Below are positions 38,963 to 49,042 of a stretch of 64,000 nucleotides of DNA, in pieces (positions within the stretch are counted from its first letter, which is position 1; the number at the start of each line of letters is the position of its first letter). The translations under genes were made by a program, and so were the position numbers. Source of the stretch: Candidatus Micrarchaeota archaeon (GTDB lineage Archaea; Micrarchaeota; Micrarchaeia; Anstonellales; J096); assembly GCA_015522475.1 (NCBI GenBank), contig WAMF01000003.1, positions 33,043 through 97,042 on the forward strand. The letters are read 5' to 3'. The notes beneath the pieces were generated by a model, which had not been told where the DNA came from, ran no database searches, and saw nothing but the letters and a program-made list of their open reading frames with translations.

Positions 38963-40171
38963 ATGGAAAACAAAAAAAGCAAAGCAAAAAACGAGGAGAT
39001 GGATGACGAGTTGAGCTACGACGAAGTAAGAAAAGCCCTAATTAGCGTAGAGCGGCCTTCAAGCATCGCTCTCGCGAGATACGCTTTTTTCCTCGTGGGG
39101 CTGCTTAAAGATGTGGAGTTAAGAGAAGGGCAAAAAGAGCATAAGGAAAATAAAAAGGCAGAGCAAAAGGCAGAGCGAGACAACGAAGAGGAGAAACGCA
39201 AGCGCGAGATAATTCACCTCCTGAAAAAGCTGCGCAAAGAAATGATAAGACGTGGATTCTCGCGCGGCTTAGCCTTTCTTAGAGCTGGCAGGGAAGATGA
39301 AGATGTAGAAGGACAAGAAGCAAGCGATAGAGCAAAACATCTTCGCCTTTTTAGAGAAATTGCCCAACTGAAAAAAGCGGCTTTATCCACAGTAAAACTA
39401 GCTTTGTACAACGACGCGTTGAAAAAACACATCCACAACCCACTGCTTAAAAGACATCTGCCTCCAGCCGGCCAATACATCCCCTCACTTGTAAGCATGA
39501 GATACAATGCCATACTTGCATACAAGTATGTTTACAAACTACTCTCGTCGTACGGCGAGATTGTGAAGGCAAAGCGCTACCTCGTTGATGATATGGGTAT
39601 TGGCTATTATGTGTCTGAAGAATACATTAAGCAATTCAAAGACGTGCACAGGATAAGAGAAGTAAAAAGGGTAAGGCGCACTCTACCTCTCATATCCAGC
39701 ACATATATCCGGCGTCTGTTGGCAGTTTCTGCCGTAAGCGCGGCCTATGAAGATGTCAAAAGGAGGGAAAAAGAAGAGGAAGACAAAGAGCTTATTGAAT
39801 ACAACAAGATACTTCAAAAACACAACATCCTTCCCTATGTTGTGCTAGACGTTTACAATGGCTTCGACGAGGTCAAGGAGGAGCTTGTCAAAAAAGGCTT
39901 TGCAATGATTGATGATGGAGAGTTCATAACAAAGGCAAAAATATTGGACAAGATAAGAGCAAAGAAACGCGCATTTTACATGAATATGTTAACAAAGGCT
40001 AAAGCCTTGCTGAAAGACGAGCTGCTCGCAGCATGTGAAAAAGGCAGGCTGCCCTCTATGGTTAAAAAACCTACGCTTTCCCAATTAGCCATTCTTAAGG
40101 CGCTTAACCCTTCTATGAGCGACGAGGAGCTCAAGAAGTTCGAGCAAGACGGATGTGGCAGAAAAGGATAG
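38963..40171 (+). CDS. hypothetical Lys/Glu-rich protein
   Basis: 402-aa ORF co-directional with top6BA, with GGAGGGGG upstream of the ATG. No family recognised. Confidence 0.55.
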   Translation: MENKKSKAKNEEMDDELSYDEVRKALISVERPSSIALARYAFFLVGLLKDVELREGQKEHKENKKAEQKAERDNEEEKRKREIIHLLKKLRKEMIRRGFSRGLAFLRAGREDEDVEGQEASDRAKHLRLFREIAQLKKAALSTVKLALYNDALKKHIHNPLLKRHLPPAGQYIPSLVSMRYNAILAYKYVYKLLSSYGEIVKAKRYLVDDMGIGYYVSEEYIKQFKDVHRIREVKRVRRTLPLISSTYIRRLLAVSAVSAAYEDVKRREKEEEDKELIEYNKILQKHNILPYVVLDVYNGFDEVKEELVKKGFAMIDDGEFITKAKILDKIRAKKRAFYMNMLTKAKALLKDELLAACEKGRLPSMVKKPTLSQLAILKALNPSMSDEELKKFEQDGCGRKG

Positions 40172-40311
40172 CAAGTATTGCAATAAAAAAGTTAGATGCA
40201 AGCGCCTTGGATCGAGCATGCGCAAGTATAGACAAGTTGTGCAAGTCCACTGGCGTAAGGACACATGAAGGATTCAAGTTAAAAAAGCAAGTGAGTAAAG
40301 CGGGTGAGTAA

Positions 40312-43300
40312 ATGTTGACGCTAAATATAAGCGGAGCTATGTTATGGCAGCTCGTCATACTGTTGCCGGGCATTCTTGTGGCTTTAGCGCTCTCTAAGGA
40401 GAAGTCTCTTCTTAATAGATTAATTGCGGGTTTGGGCCTTGGCTTTGTAGCTGTAGTCGCGTTCGGTGCGCTTATCACTGTCTTTAACATTCCATTCTCT
40501 ATGTATATCGTATATGGTGTGCTCCTTGTGGAGTATGGCATAGCCGCATTTTTCCTGTACAAAAAATGGAATGATGTCACAGCGCTGTTTAACGAGTGGC
40601 AAGCAGGATTCAAAGAAGCCATTAAAAAGACAGATTGGAAATATTTTGGCATAGCTCTTGGCATAATACTTGTCCTTTATTACTCATATATCCTCCGTTT
40701 TACGACGGTCTCGCCAATTTATTACGAGTTAGACCCTTACTACTACTTATATATATCTACGCAGCTCCTCTCGCCATCAACAGGACATATTGTGCCTGCT
40801 CACGACACAACAGCGTGGTATCCTGTAATTAATGACTCTCATAGAGACATACCCGGCCTAGCATTTTATCAAGCGCTCTTTTTTGCATTGAATGAAGGGA
40901 AAGCGACGCTGACTGCACATCTTGATCTTTATAAGTTAGCATTCTACGCAAACTTCTATCCACCTCTCGTGGGGCTTTTGATGGCCGGCTTTGTGTATTT
41001 GGCATTCTCACGGCGTTTCTCTCCGGGAGCGGCACTCATGGCTGCAATTATAGTAGTAACGACGCCCAGTGTTCTCAATAAAACGCTTTCAGGTGTATTT
41101 GAGGCACAGCCTATGAGTTTCATGGCGCATACACTCTTTCTCATGCTCCTCTTTTTAGCTGTAGATGACGATGTTGTATATAGAGCACTTATATTCCTCG
41201 TTGGAGTTGTTTATACAATGGCGAGCACACAGGCAATAATAGGTGCGTTTGTCTTGCTAATTGCTGCCGGCCTTTACTTCGCGTTCTATAGAGAAAATGA
41301 AGGCTTTGAAAGAGCCATTGAATATGGCGCGTGGGGCTTAGCCCTAGGTGCTCTTTTAATGGTTGTGTGGACAAGCGCTTCGCTCTTAAGCATAGGACAC
41401 TCTTTACCTCTCTTAGTTGGGCTTGGTGTAGGAGCGGCACTTTGGGGTTATAGGAATTACAAAAAGGACGTTCATGCAACAATTGAGGAAATAACCAAAA
41501 GATATGGCAACCTCGTTCTTTACACAATTTATGCAATTATACTGCTAGTGAGTATTGGAGTGATATGGCACATAGCCAAAGGGGGATTAAGTGTAGGTGA
41601 GTATCGCTATCCTCTCCAAAGAACCATTGCTGAGCAGCAGCCAACGGGCATGTCCCTCCAAGGAACGCTGGGATTTGTCGGCTACGAATTTATGAAAACG
41701 CAGAAGACCATGCAAGGCGTCCTCCTCAAAGAAAAGTTCCCCATATTGAGCACGCTTCTCTCCTATATAAGTGACATATTTGAGATCATATTTAAAGTGA
41801 GCCTAGCTCTGCTTGAAAAAACTGGAGCTGTCATTGTCTATGAGCCAAAAATTCCCAACCTCGGTTTTATTATATGGGGTGGCGCCCTCCTCTATGCCGT
41901 TTACTTAACATGGAAAGGCATAGCCAACCATTGGGAAGGTGAAGATGCCTTTGGCTTCATATTGGCCATCTTAGCAGTGGGCATAACGATCCCCGGATTT
42001 CTTAAAGCCAAGTACGTCGTGCATACAGCGTTCTTCCTCTCACTCTTTGGAGGATATAGTCTAGCTCTCCTCTACGATTGGACAAAAAGATGGCTTAGCA
42101 AGATGAAAGACGGCGAAACATACATGCTTATACTTTATGGTATTGCAGCTCTTCTCGTTGTGTTCGTGCTAGATGTGAATTTATATGGCAATGGCTTTAA
42201 CATCCCTCTCCTCTATTACAGCGTCGTACAAAAACCAGCTTACAATCCGGCGATGTTTGCCCAAGCCTTTGGTGAATTCTGCCATTTGCCTTGTGGAGAA
42301 AACATAACAGTTCAACAGCTATGCTACACGAACCATTCGTTTAGCGCCATATGTAAATTTTATCCTGGTGAAACACCCCTAAACAAGGTCTGCCAAGACC
42401 CTAACGCTCAACACCTTTGCGCATTGGCTAGAGGCAACGTCTCCATAGCTGAGCAGTACTCAAGCAGAAACTGCGCCCTTTATTTCAGCCTTCATGCCAA
42501 ACAAACAACTGAAGACAGCGTCGCCTTAACACGAGCCTGTGGCGTGACACTGCCAGAAGCATGGCTTTCATCCATGGACTGGCTTTATGAAAACACGCTA
42601 AAGAATGCAAGAATAACAAGCTGGTGGGACTATGGCCACTGGATAAACTACTGGGCCAGAAGAAACGCCGTCATAAGAAACGACCATCGTTCTCACTACA
42701 TGATTGGAGAAGTGGCCTATGCATACATCATGGCGCCTATACAAGATTTCGACGCTATAACCGCCAAATTCCACTCGGATTATGCACTCTTTGACAGGGA
42801 AATCCTCTTCGGAGGACAAACCTTCGGCGGCAAATTTTACGCTCTGAACTACCTTGCATGTGCGGACAGAAACCTAACAACAGTCAAAAAAGGCCAGCTG
42901 CAGAGTCAATGTGAAATCGACAACCTATGGGAAGGCATATATGTCACAAACGAGGACTGCACAATCTCACCCATAACCGGCCAAAAAGGCAAAGTCGCTG
43001 TTTCATTTAGAGGAAGCCCACAATATGGCTACAAAAAGGCTTACTGTGTCGGCTTAGCACAAACATTAGAAGGGAAAATATTGGCGACGTACTACTTAAA
43101 CAAAACAAACTCACACGGAGAGCTCGTTCTAAATAAAGCGTTCCTCTTGCCAGTGGGCCAAAACACATACATACTTATCTACACAAAGGACCCTGTTTGG
43201 TACGTGAACGGCACATATGCAAACGGATGGAGTGACAGAAAAGGTCGCTTCTATGACAGCATGGTTTACAGAGCTTATATACTAAACGAGCTACCCGGCT

Positions 43301-43557
43301 GGATAAAGGTTTACGACAACGGTTATGTCAAAATATACAAGAGGAACAGCTCAGCTGGCTCAACTAATCTAAACAACTCGACAAGCAACTCGGCCACATC
43401 GATAAGTTCAGCCAACTCAACCAATAATCAAGAGCCCCAAAGTCAATTACCACATGCCAACATAACTAGCAATGCAAGCAATGTATCGAGCCATGTGACG
43501 AATACTTCAAACATATCCACAAGTAACTTAAGCAACACATCTAATAAAACAAATTAG
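40312..43557 (+). CDS. aglB: oligosaccharyltransferase AglB (STT3 family)
   Basis: Multi-TM N-terminal half, with LDPYYY in the first external loop and the WWDYGHW catalytic motif. The C-terminal tail is rich in Asn/Ser/Thr. Confidence 0.85.
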   Translation: MLTLNISGAMLWQLVILLPGILVALALSKEKSLLNRLIAGLGLGFVAVVAFGALITVFNIPFSMYIVYGVLLVEYGIAAFFLYKKWNDVTALFNEWQAGFKEAIKKTDWKYFGIALGIILVLYYSYILRFTTVSPIYYELDPYYYLYISTQLLSPSTGHIVPAHDTTAWYPVINDSHRDIPGLAFYQALFFALNEGKATLTAHLDLYKLAFYANFYPPLVGLLMAGFVYLAFSRRFSPGAALMAAIIVVTTPSVLNKTLSGVFEAQPMSFMAHTLFLMLLFLAVDDDVVYRALIFLVGVVYTMASTQAIIGAFVLLIAAGLYFAFYRENEGFERAIEYGAWGLALGALLMVVWTSASLLSIGHSLPLLVGLGVGAALWGYRNYKKDVHATIEEITKRYGNLVLYTIYAIILLVSIGVIWHIAKGGLSVGEYRYPLQRTIAEQQPTGMSLQGTLGFVGYEFMKTQKTMQGVLLKEKFPILSTLLSYISDIFEIIFKVSLALLEKTGAVIVYEPKIPNLGFIIWGGALLYAVYLTWKGIANHWEGEDAFGFILAILAVGITIPGFLKAKYVVHTAFFLSLFGGYSLALLYDWTKRWLSKMKDGETYMLILYGIAALLVVFVLDVNLYGNGFNIPLLYYSVVQKPAYNPAMFAQAFGEFCHLPCGENITVQQLCYTNHSFSAICKFYPGETPLNKVCQDPNAQHLCALARGNVSIAEQYSSRNCALYFSLHAKQTTEDSVALTRACGVTLPEAWLSSMDWLYENTLKNARITSWWDYGHWINYWARRNAVIRNDHRSHYMIGEVAYAYIMAPIQDFDAITAKFHSDYALFDREILFGGQTFGGKFYALNYLACADRNLTTVKKGQLQSQCEIDNLWEGIYVTNEDCTISPITGQKGKVAVSFRGSPQYGYKKAYCVGLAQTLEGKILATYYLNKTNSHGELVLNKAFLLPVGQNTYILIYTKDPVWYVNGTYANGWSDRKGRFYDSMVYRAYILNELPGWIKVYDNGYVKIYKRNSSAGSTNLNNSTSNSATSISSANSTNNQEPQSQLPHANITSNASNVSSHVTNTSNISTSNLSNTSNKTN

Positions 43558-43787
43558 AGTAAAATAGGAACTTAACCTTAACCAGACAAGCAGAGATGAA
43601 CCAAAAGAGATAGTCAAGAAGAAATTGTGAAGCGCCAATGTTAGAGCCGCTCACTGCTGTTTACTACGTTAGAACTTAGGTCAGAACCTAGATAACATCT
43701 CCATTTGTTCCCTTTTTATCCATTTTCCTCCTATTTCCAAATTAGTCCTAACCAGCATCTACTTTAAAGTGTACTCTGAAGTTTTGC

Positions 43788-46265
43788 TTATTTAAGATAA
43801 CGCATGAGCGTATTCTGTTTTAAGCCCTCTCTTAATTGCTGTTCATCTATGCCTAGCTCTTTGAGTATCTTCATCACAGCTGGAAGAACTTGATTATTAA
43901 TATAGTAGTCTGGATCGTAATCCTTGGCGAGCTCCACGGGCCAAGCTTTGTCCGAAATACTTTTGCCCTTCTTTGTTATGACATAGCCCACCATAATACC
44001 CCGTTTGAGAGGAAAGTGTTTGTATTCGGCCCATCTCTTTGCAGCCGTCAATTCTGGGCTCTTAGCTTCGTAATCTTTGGGGTCCTTCTTGAGCTGCGTG
44101 TATATAACCATCTCATCGACGGGAAACTCACCCTTCCGTATTTTTTCCAAAACATCTTGAACAATTTTCATGGCTTTCTCCTTCTTGCCCTTGCGAAGGA
44201 TAGCCTCGAGAACGGCCTTTTGTGTATCACGAGCTATCTTCGCCCAATCCCTTCTGACAAGCTCAAATCCTTTGATTTTTATCTCGCCACTTTCAGAAAG
44301 CATAGCATACTTTTTCTTAGCACCTTTGCCCTCGTTTCTCTTGCTCACAAACAACGCACGCGTATAAAAATCTTCTAAATCCAACTCCATCTTGCCCGGC
44401 AGAATTTTGTTAACTTCATCGAGAAAAGCATACACATCTTCTTTCTTTTTGTTACCCATTAACAGGAAGACCGAATCTGTATCCACGTAAAGAACCTTAA
44501 AGCCACGCTTCTCAGCCATCTTCTCCGTTTCTTTTATATGATGTCTAGCCCACGCTGTTATACTCTCGGCACATTCTCTGCAGTACCATCTGCTCCTTGC
44601 ATAGCCAAGGTAACCATAGAAGGAATTGCTCAAAATCTTGAGAGCCCTTACGCGGGCCTTTATGCGCTTATACCTCTTGCTGCCTTTATTTTTTGCCTCC
44701 AGCTTCTTCAAGAGGTCTTTAAGCTTACTTCTCTTATTGTACAACTCCTCTAGAACAGATGGTATAAGGCCTTTGGGCTTCTTCTTGAATGCATGTCCTT
44801 TTGGAGAAATCCATACCTCTCCCCCTTTTCCACTTTCCTCATGCTTTTCATGCTCTTCATGCTCAGCACGCCTACTTTTCTTTGACTTGCCCTTGCTTTC
44901 CGAGGAAACAAGTGTGAAGGGATCGACGTTGTATGAGACTATAATAGAAGGATACATGCTTCTAAAGTCGACTACAGCTATGTTTTCATAGACGCCAGGA
45001 TCTGGAAGCTTGACGTATGCACCCTCAATGGGATTTGCAAAGCGCCTCGCTATCTCCGTCTCTATAGGCTTGGATGGAATGATGTGTTTGCGTTGAGCCG
45101 CATGATATATAAGCATGTCCTCGACGAGTTGGCCGGAGGTAGAGATGCTAGCATCGAATAGAGAAAGTGAAGCCAGCTTAGCAATTTCAAGCTCTAAAGG
45201 CAGGAGCTCCTCTGCCAGCTCAAACGTAGTTCTAGAATCGCCGAGAGCATATTTCCTCATTAGCTCAATGTCATTTTCATCCCATAATTCCCAAATCTCA
45301 GCCCTGTTGACCATAAACTTTTCCTTGCCAAACACCGCTTTATAGACCTCTGCTAGCGTCAATCTTTGAGCTTTTATGACACCTATTGTCGAAAAAAGCC
45401 TAACTGTTGGATAGAGGTCCCAATGCACAAGCCGCTTCAGAGAATAGGCCTCTATAAGACCATGATGCTGCTTTCTACCGTCAGCAAGTATATCCAGCTT
45501 AGCCCTAAGCCTCTTTGCTCTCTCACGTATATAAGGCAAATCAAAAACGGACGAGTTATAACCCACGAGCACATCTATGTCCTTCTCTTTTACTAAAGCA
45601 TCGAAATGCTCGAGCATAGACGCTTCGTTGGGATAGGCGTTAGCTCCCTTTGTAGAAAAGAAGTGCTCCTCTTCCTTGTCTTTATATGTGATGATGATTA
45701 TAGGGTCTTCCTCTGGATTAGAAATACCTCTTAAATTATAGGTCTCTATGTCGAAGGCTGCCATGTTCAAATCTAGCTCTTCCCTTGATCTTGCCTCCTT
45801 TATAGCGCTAACTACCCCTTTTTCCTCCTTCACTTTTATCTCGCTTAATGGAGGTATTTGCATATCAGCAACAAAGCGTTTCTTGAAAGGAATGTCATGT
45901 TCATAAGCTTTGAACTCTAAGGCTCTTTTTAAGGCGTGCTTTACTTTTATTATCTCTGCAGGCTTGTACGTGTAGACTTTCCACATAATGCGTTTCTCTG
46001 TGCCGAAGTAGCGTTCTGTCTGAGGACCAAGCTCAGCCGGCAGGTCAAGCTCTTCCAAGGCATGCTCGAGCCTTTCCTTAAACATGCCCAACTGCTCCTT
46101 CGACGGCTTGTCCCTCCATTCTTCCTCTGGAAGTGTTATCAGAAAATAGGGCTTCCACTCAAACTTAAGCTCCTTCTTGCCGTCCTTTCCTTTCACAAGA
46201 AGTGTAATGTACGTCTTATCGCTCTCTGTAGTATAGCCCACTTCGAGGAGCGTGTACGCCTTCAT
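43788..46265 (-). CDS. polB: family B DNA polymerase
   Basis: Exo I FDIETY, DFRSMYPSII, KILSNSFYGYLGY and YVDTDSVF. No intein-sized insertion. Confidence 0.9.
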   Translation of the reverse strand: MKAYTLLEVGYTTESDKTYITLLVKGKDGKKELKFEWKPYFLITLPEEEWRDKPSKEQLGMFKERLEHALEELDLPAELGPQTERYFGTEKRIMWKVYTYKPAEIIKVKHALKRALEFKAYEHDIPFKKRFVADMQIPPLSEIKVKEEKGVVSAIKEARSREELDLNMAAFDIETYNLRGISNPEEDPIIIITYKDKEEEHFFSTKGANAYPNEASMLEHFDALVKEKDIDVLVGYNSSVFDLPYIRERAKRLRAKLDILADGRKQHHGLIEAYSLKRLVHWDLYPTVRLFSTIGVIKAQRLTLAEVYKAVFGKEKFMVNRAEIWELWDENDIELMRKYALGDSRTTFELAEELLPLELEIAKLASLSLFDASISTSGQLVEDMLIYHAAQRKHIIPSKPIETEIARRFANPIEGAYVKLPDPGVYENIAVVDFRSMYPSIIVSYNVDPFTLVSSESKGKSKKSRRAEHEEHEKHEESGKGGEVWISPKGHAFKKKPKGLIPSVLEELYNKRSKLKDLLKKLEAKNKGSKRYKRIKARVRALKILSNSFYGYLGYARSRWYCRECAESITAWARHHIKETEKMAEKRGFKVLYVDTDSVFLLMGNKKKEDVYAFLDEVNKILPGKMELDLEDFYTRALFVSKRNEGKGAKKKYAMLSESGEIKIKGFELVRRDWAKIARDTQKAVLEAILRKGKKEKAMKIVQDVLEKIRKGEFPVDEMVIYTQLKKDPKDYEAKSPELTAAKRWAEYKHFPLKRGIMVGYVITKKGKSISDKAWPVELAKDYDPDYYINNQVLPAVMKILKELGIDEQQLREGLKQNTLMRYLK

Positions 46266-46403
46266 AACGGCTTAGGACCAACAAGAATTAAAAAGAAAGG
46301 GGTTCGCACTGCTCACAAACTTCTCTGGACCTTCTTTAGAAAAGAAGCTCTACTAAGAAGTGAACTTATATGTACTCAAACTTTCTTGATGAAGCTTCTT
46401 TGA

Positions 46404-46428
46404 TGAAACTTTCTTCCTAAGAAAGTTT
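46404..46428 (-). other. perfect 11-bp hairpin immediately 3' of tRNA-Pro
   Basis: GAAACTTTCTT-CCT-AAGAAAGTTTC sits 2 nt beyond the tRNA discriminator base. It may be a processing or termination element, or may act on polB expression downstream. Confidence 0.3.
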
Positions 46429-46430
46429 CA

Positions 46431-46504
46431 ATGGGGCTGCCCGGATTTGAACCGGGGTCACAGGCTCCCAAAGCCCGCATGCTAACCAGGCTACACCACA
46501 GCCC
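46431..46504 (-). tRNA. tRNA-Pro (anticodon UGG)
   Basis: Cloverleaf folded by hand: acceptor GGGGCTG/CAGCCCC, anticodon stem CGGGC/GCCTG, loop TTTGGGA, T arm CCCGG-TTCAAAT-CCGGG. 74 nt, with no encoded CCA. Confidence 0.9.
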
Positions 46505-46602
46505 CGCCCTCCAATATATATCCCAAAAATCTCGTGTAAAAGAACGCCTGCTTATAATTGGCGAAGGAAAACCTTTTTAAGCCATAGCTTCAAAATAGCA
46601 CC

Positions 46603-47433
46603 ATGGACACAAAGACTGCATTCTATATTTCGGCTGGTGTAGGCCTCTTGGGGGCTGTTTTAGCGTTTACAATTCAAGGCGGTGGACTAATGGCTATTTT
46701 GGGTGGCATAATAAGCGCCCTAGGAGCAGCAGGAGCTATGGCTATATACAAGTATGGCTACATGCTTATTCCCATGCTAACAAGCACTTCGAAAACGGTC
46801 GTCGTGACAACAGATGGCTATGAGATCCCCCCAACACAAGATGCAGTTGTCAAAAAAACAAAGGAAGGAGTATACTACGCTTCTGTATTCTTGACAATGA
46901 AGCTTTACCAATCAGCTGTAGAGATGACAGAGGAGCAGTTAAGAGCTTACAACAAAGCATTCGAGACAGCTATGGCAGGGTTCAAGGGCGTCGTCAAGAT
47001 AGCGTATATGCTACATGCTGTCGACGTCTCGGACAAGAAAAGAGAGCTTGAAACAAAGAAGGCAGAGGCGCAGCTTCGCCTTCAGAGAGAGCGAGAAAAA
47101 ACAGAGCCAGATCCTCTTCGTATAGAAAGATACGAAAGGGAAGTGATGTACTGGAATGCCCAAATAGATAAGCTCTCAAGAGGGCTTCGTCCAATGAGAG
47201 TTGTTCTCTATGCTATGACAACAGCTGCCGGTTTAACAAGAGAAGAGGCTCTAGCTAAGGCAAGAAACCAAGCTGCTGAATTGAGAACGCTGCTTTCCAA
47301 CGCATTGAACTGTGAAGTGTATGTCTTAGCTGCAGACGACCTTATGCGCGTTTTAGAGTGGGAGAAGTTCATGCCCACAAGCGCCGAAGAGCTAGAAGAG
47401 AACCTAGAAACAGAAGGCTCATCCAACATGTAA
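46603..47433 (+). CDS. membrane protein: Gly/Ala-rich TM hairpin plus a soluble domain resembling a VirB4/TraC N-terminal domain
   Basis: Two TM helices (AFYISAGVGLLGAVLAF, LMAILGGIISALGAAGAMAI), then about 200 aa. It lies directly upstream (22 nt) of the VirB4-like ATPase. A TATA element at 46573-46581 is about 26 nt before the ATG. The functional call is inference. Confidence 0.45.
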   Translation: MDTKTAFYISAGVGLLGAVLAFTIQGGGLMAILGGIISALGAAGAMAIYKYGYMLIPMLTSTSKTVVVTTDGYEIPPTQDAVVKKTKEGVYYASVFLTMKLYQSAVEMTEEQLRAYNKAFETAMAGFKGVVKIAYMLHAVDVSDKKRELETKKAEAQLRLQREREKTEPDPLRIERYEREVMYWNAQIDKLSRGLRPMRVVLYAMTTAAGLTREEALAKARNQAAELRTLLSNALNCEVYVLAADDLMRVLEWEKFMPTSAEELEENLETEGSSNM

Positions 47434-47455
47434 GGACTGAGATGAGGATGAAAAA

Positions 47456-49033
47456 ATGAGTAGAATACCCAAAGCGCCTCTTAAGGTTGTCGAAACGAAC
47501 AACGTTGAAATTGGCAGAAGAAATATTCTTCACCATCCCCCTGAACCTCCACCCGAATTCCTTATGGAAGCAGCGGATAACGGCATATATGTGGGCAGGA
47601 CCGACATATTGCATACGCCCTTCTTCTGGACACCGAAATATGTGACAAACCCCCATATCGCTATAGTTGGTATATCGGGTAGTGGTAAGTCTTATTTCAT
47701 AAAAACATTCCTCATAAGAGCTAGCTTTGTGTGGAACAGCAACGCGATCATATTAGACTGGGCTGGCGAATACAAGGACTGGGTTTTGGAAACAGGTGGT
47801 AAAGTTGTCGCTTTAGGCAAGGGCAACTATCTCAACCTTCTTGACTTGGGTGGCATGCGACCATACGATAGAATCGAACAGGTTATGGCGACGCTCGGCT
47901 TGTTGACGGATGTGGGTAGATATCCAGAACAAAAAAGGCTCACAGAGGAAGCCATTGAAGAAGCATACGTACGCGCACGCTTCAAACTAGATTCAAATGA
48001 AACTAGAGATGAACTCGGCAATCCCCTACAGCCGCCAACGCTGAAAGACGTCGTGAAGATTTTGGAGGAAAAAAAGCAGCTCGGCACTTACGAATACCCA
48101 TCTGAGCTGAACAATGCCATTTATAGGCTCAAGAAACTTACACGCGAGGGTGAAGACTACTTTGCCCAACAGAGCACAATAAGCTTAGACGACATAGTAA
48201 CTAGTGGATTGGTTGATATAGACCTTACTGGCTTGCCTGACGAGCAAACGAGGGCTCTCGGCGCTTTAACGCTCATACAATTCATAAAAGAAAAGATGCG
48301 TCAAGAAGGTGCTCAGGAACAAGGAGCCATACGCCTCATAACCGTTTTGGATGAGGCATGGAAAATTGCCGGCGAAGAAAACAGCGACGTAGTCATGATT
48401 GTAAGGGAGGGTCGAAAATACAATTTCTCCCTCATTGTAGCAAGTCAGAACCCCACAGATATAAGTCAAGCTATATTCAGCAACGTCGGCACAACATTCA
48501 TTCTCAAGACAAAGTTTGAAAATTATCTAGACTATCTACAAGGCTCTTTACGTTTCAGCAATTACTTAAGAAAAAAGATTATGGGTTTTGGTGTGGGGCA
48601 AGCCGCTATAAATATGGCCTTCCATGTGCCACTTCAGTTTTCGCAGACGTTTGTGATAAAGCACATAGAAGGTGAAGAGCCTATTAAAGATTACTTCATA
48701 TCCTTTGAAGGTATTGAGGGGGTACCTATGGCATTTTCTATATCTATTAAGAAGAACGAATTTAGAGCTCGCCTTAGACGCTTCGGTCTATCAGATGAAC
48801 ACGTCGAGGCTATAACAAACGCCTTTGAAAAGGCTTACAGGCGTATGAACGTCGTAGATCTTGTCTTGCAGTTAGAACGTTACGGTGTGGACAGAAGGCA
48901 GATCGTAGACTTCTTAAAGGAGATGGGTGTCAACGACGCGACAGTCATAGATATATTCACAAAAGCAGACTTCAAACGAGAAGGCAAAAAAGGCAAGCCG
49001 ACAAGGCTTCTCCTAAAAAAGAAGGGCAAGTGA
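47456..49033 (+). CDS. VirB4/TraC/CedB-like (FtsK-HerA superfamily) ATPase
   Basis: Walker A VGISGSGKSYF, NLLDL, Walker B ITVLDEAWKI and REGRKYNFSLIVASQNPTDI, plus a C-terminal extra domain of about 100 aa ending in a Lys-rich tail. Confidence 0.75.
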   Translation: MSRIPKAPLKVVETNNVEIGRRNILHHPPEPPPEFLMEAADNGIYVGRTDILHTPFFWTPKYVTNPHIAIVGISGSGKSYFIKTFLIRASFVWNSNAIILDWAGEYKDWVLETGGKVVALGKGNYLNLLDLGGMRPYDRIEQVMATLGLLTDVGRYPEQKRLTEEAIEEAYVRARFKLDSNETRDELGNPLQPPTLKDVVKILEEKKQLGTYEYPSELNNAIYRLKKLTREGEDYFAQQSTISLDDIVTSGLVDIDLTGLPDEQTRALGALTLIQFIKEKMRQEGAQEQGAIRLITVLDEAWKIAGEENSDVVMIVREGRKYNFSLIVASQNPTDISQAIFSNVGTTFILKTKFENYLDYLQGSLRFSNYLRKKIMGFGVGQAAINMAFHVPLQFSQTFVIKHIEGEEPIKDYFISFEGIEGVPMAFSISIKKNEFRARLRRFGLSDEHVEAITNAFEKAYRRMNVVDLVLQLERYGVDRRQIVDFLKEMGVNDATVIDIFTKADFKREGKKGKPTRLLLKKKGK

Positions 49034-49042
49034 GGTGTATGT

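Noticed and set aside
46386-46405. Two TGATGA boxes 14 nt apart that might indicate a second C/D box sRNA
   Set aside because: No CTGA D or D' box follows at the required 12-nt spacing on either strand. The second box is part of the 11-bp hairpin next to the tRNA.
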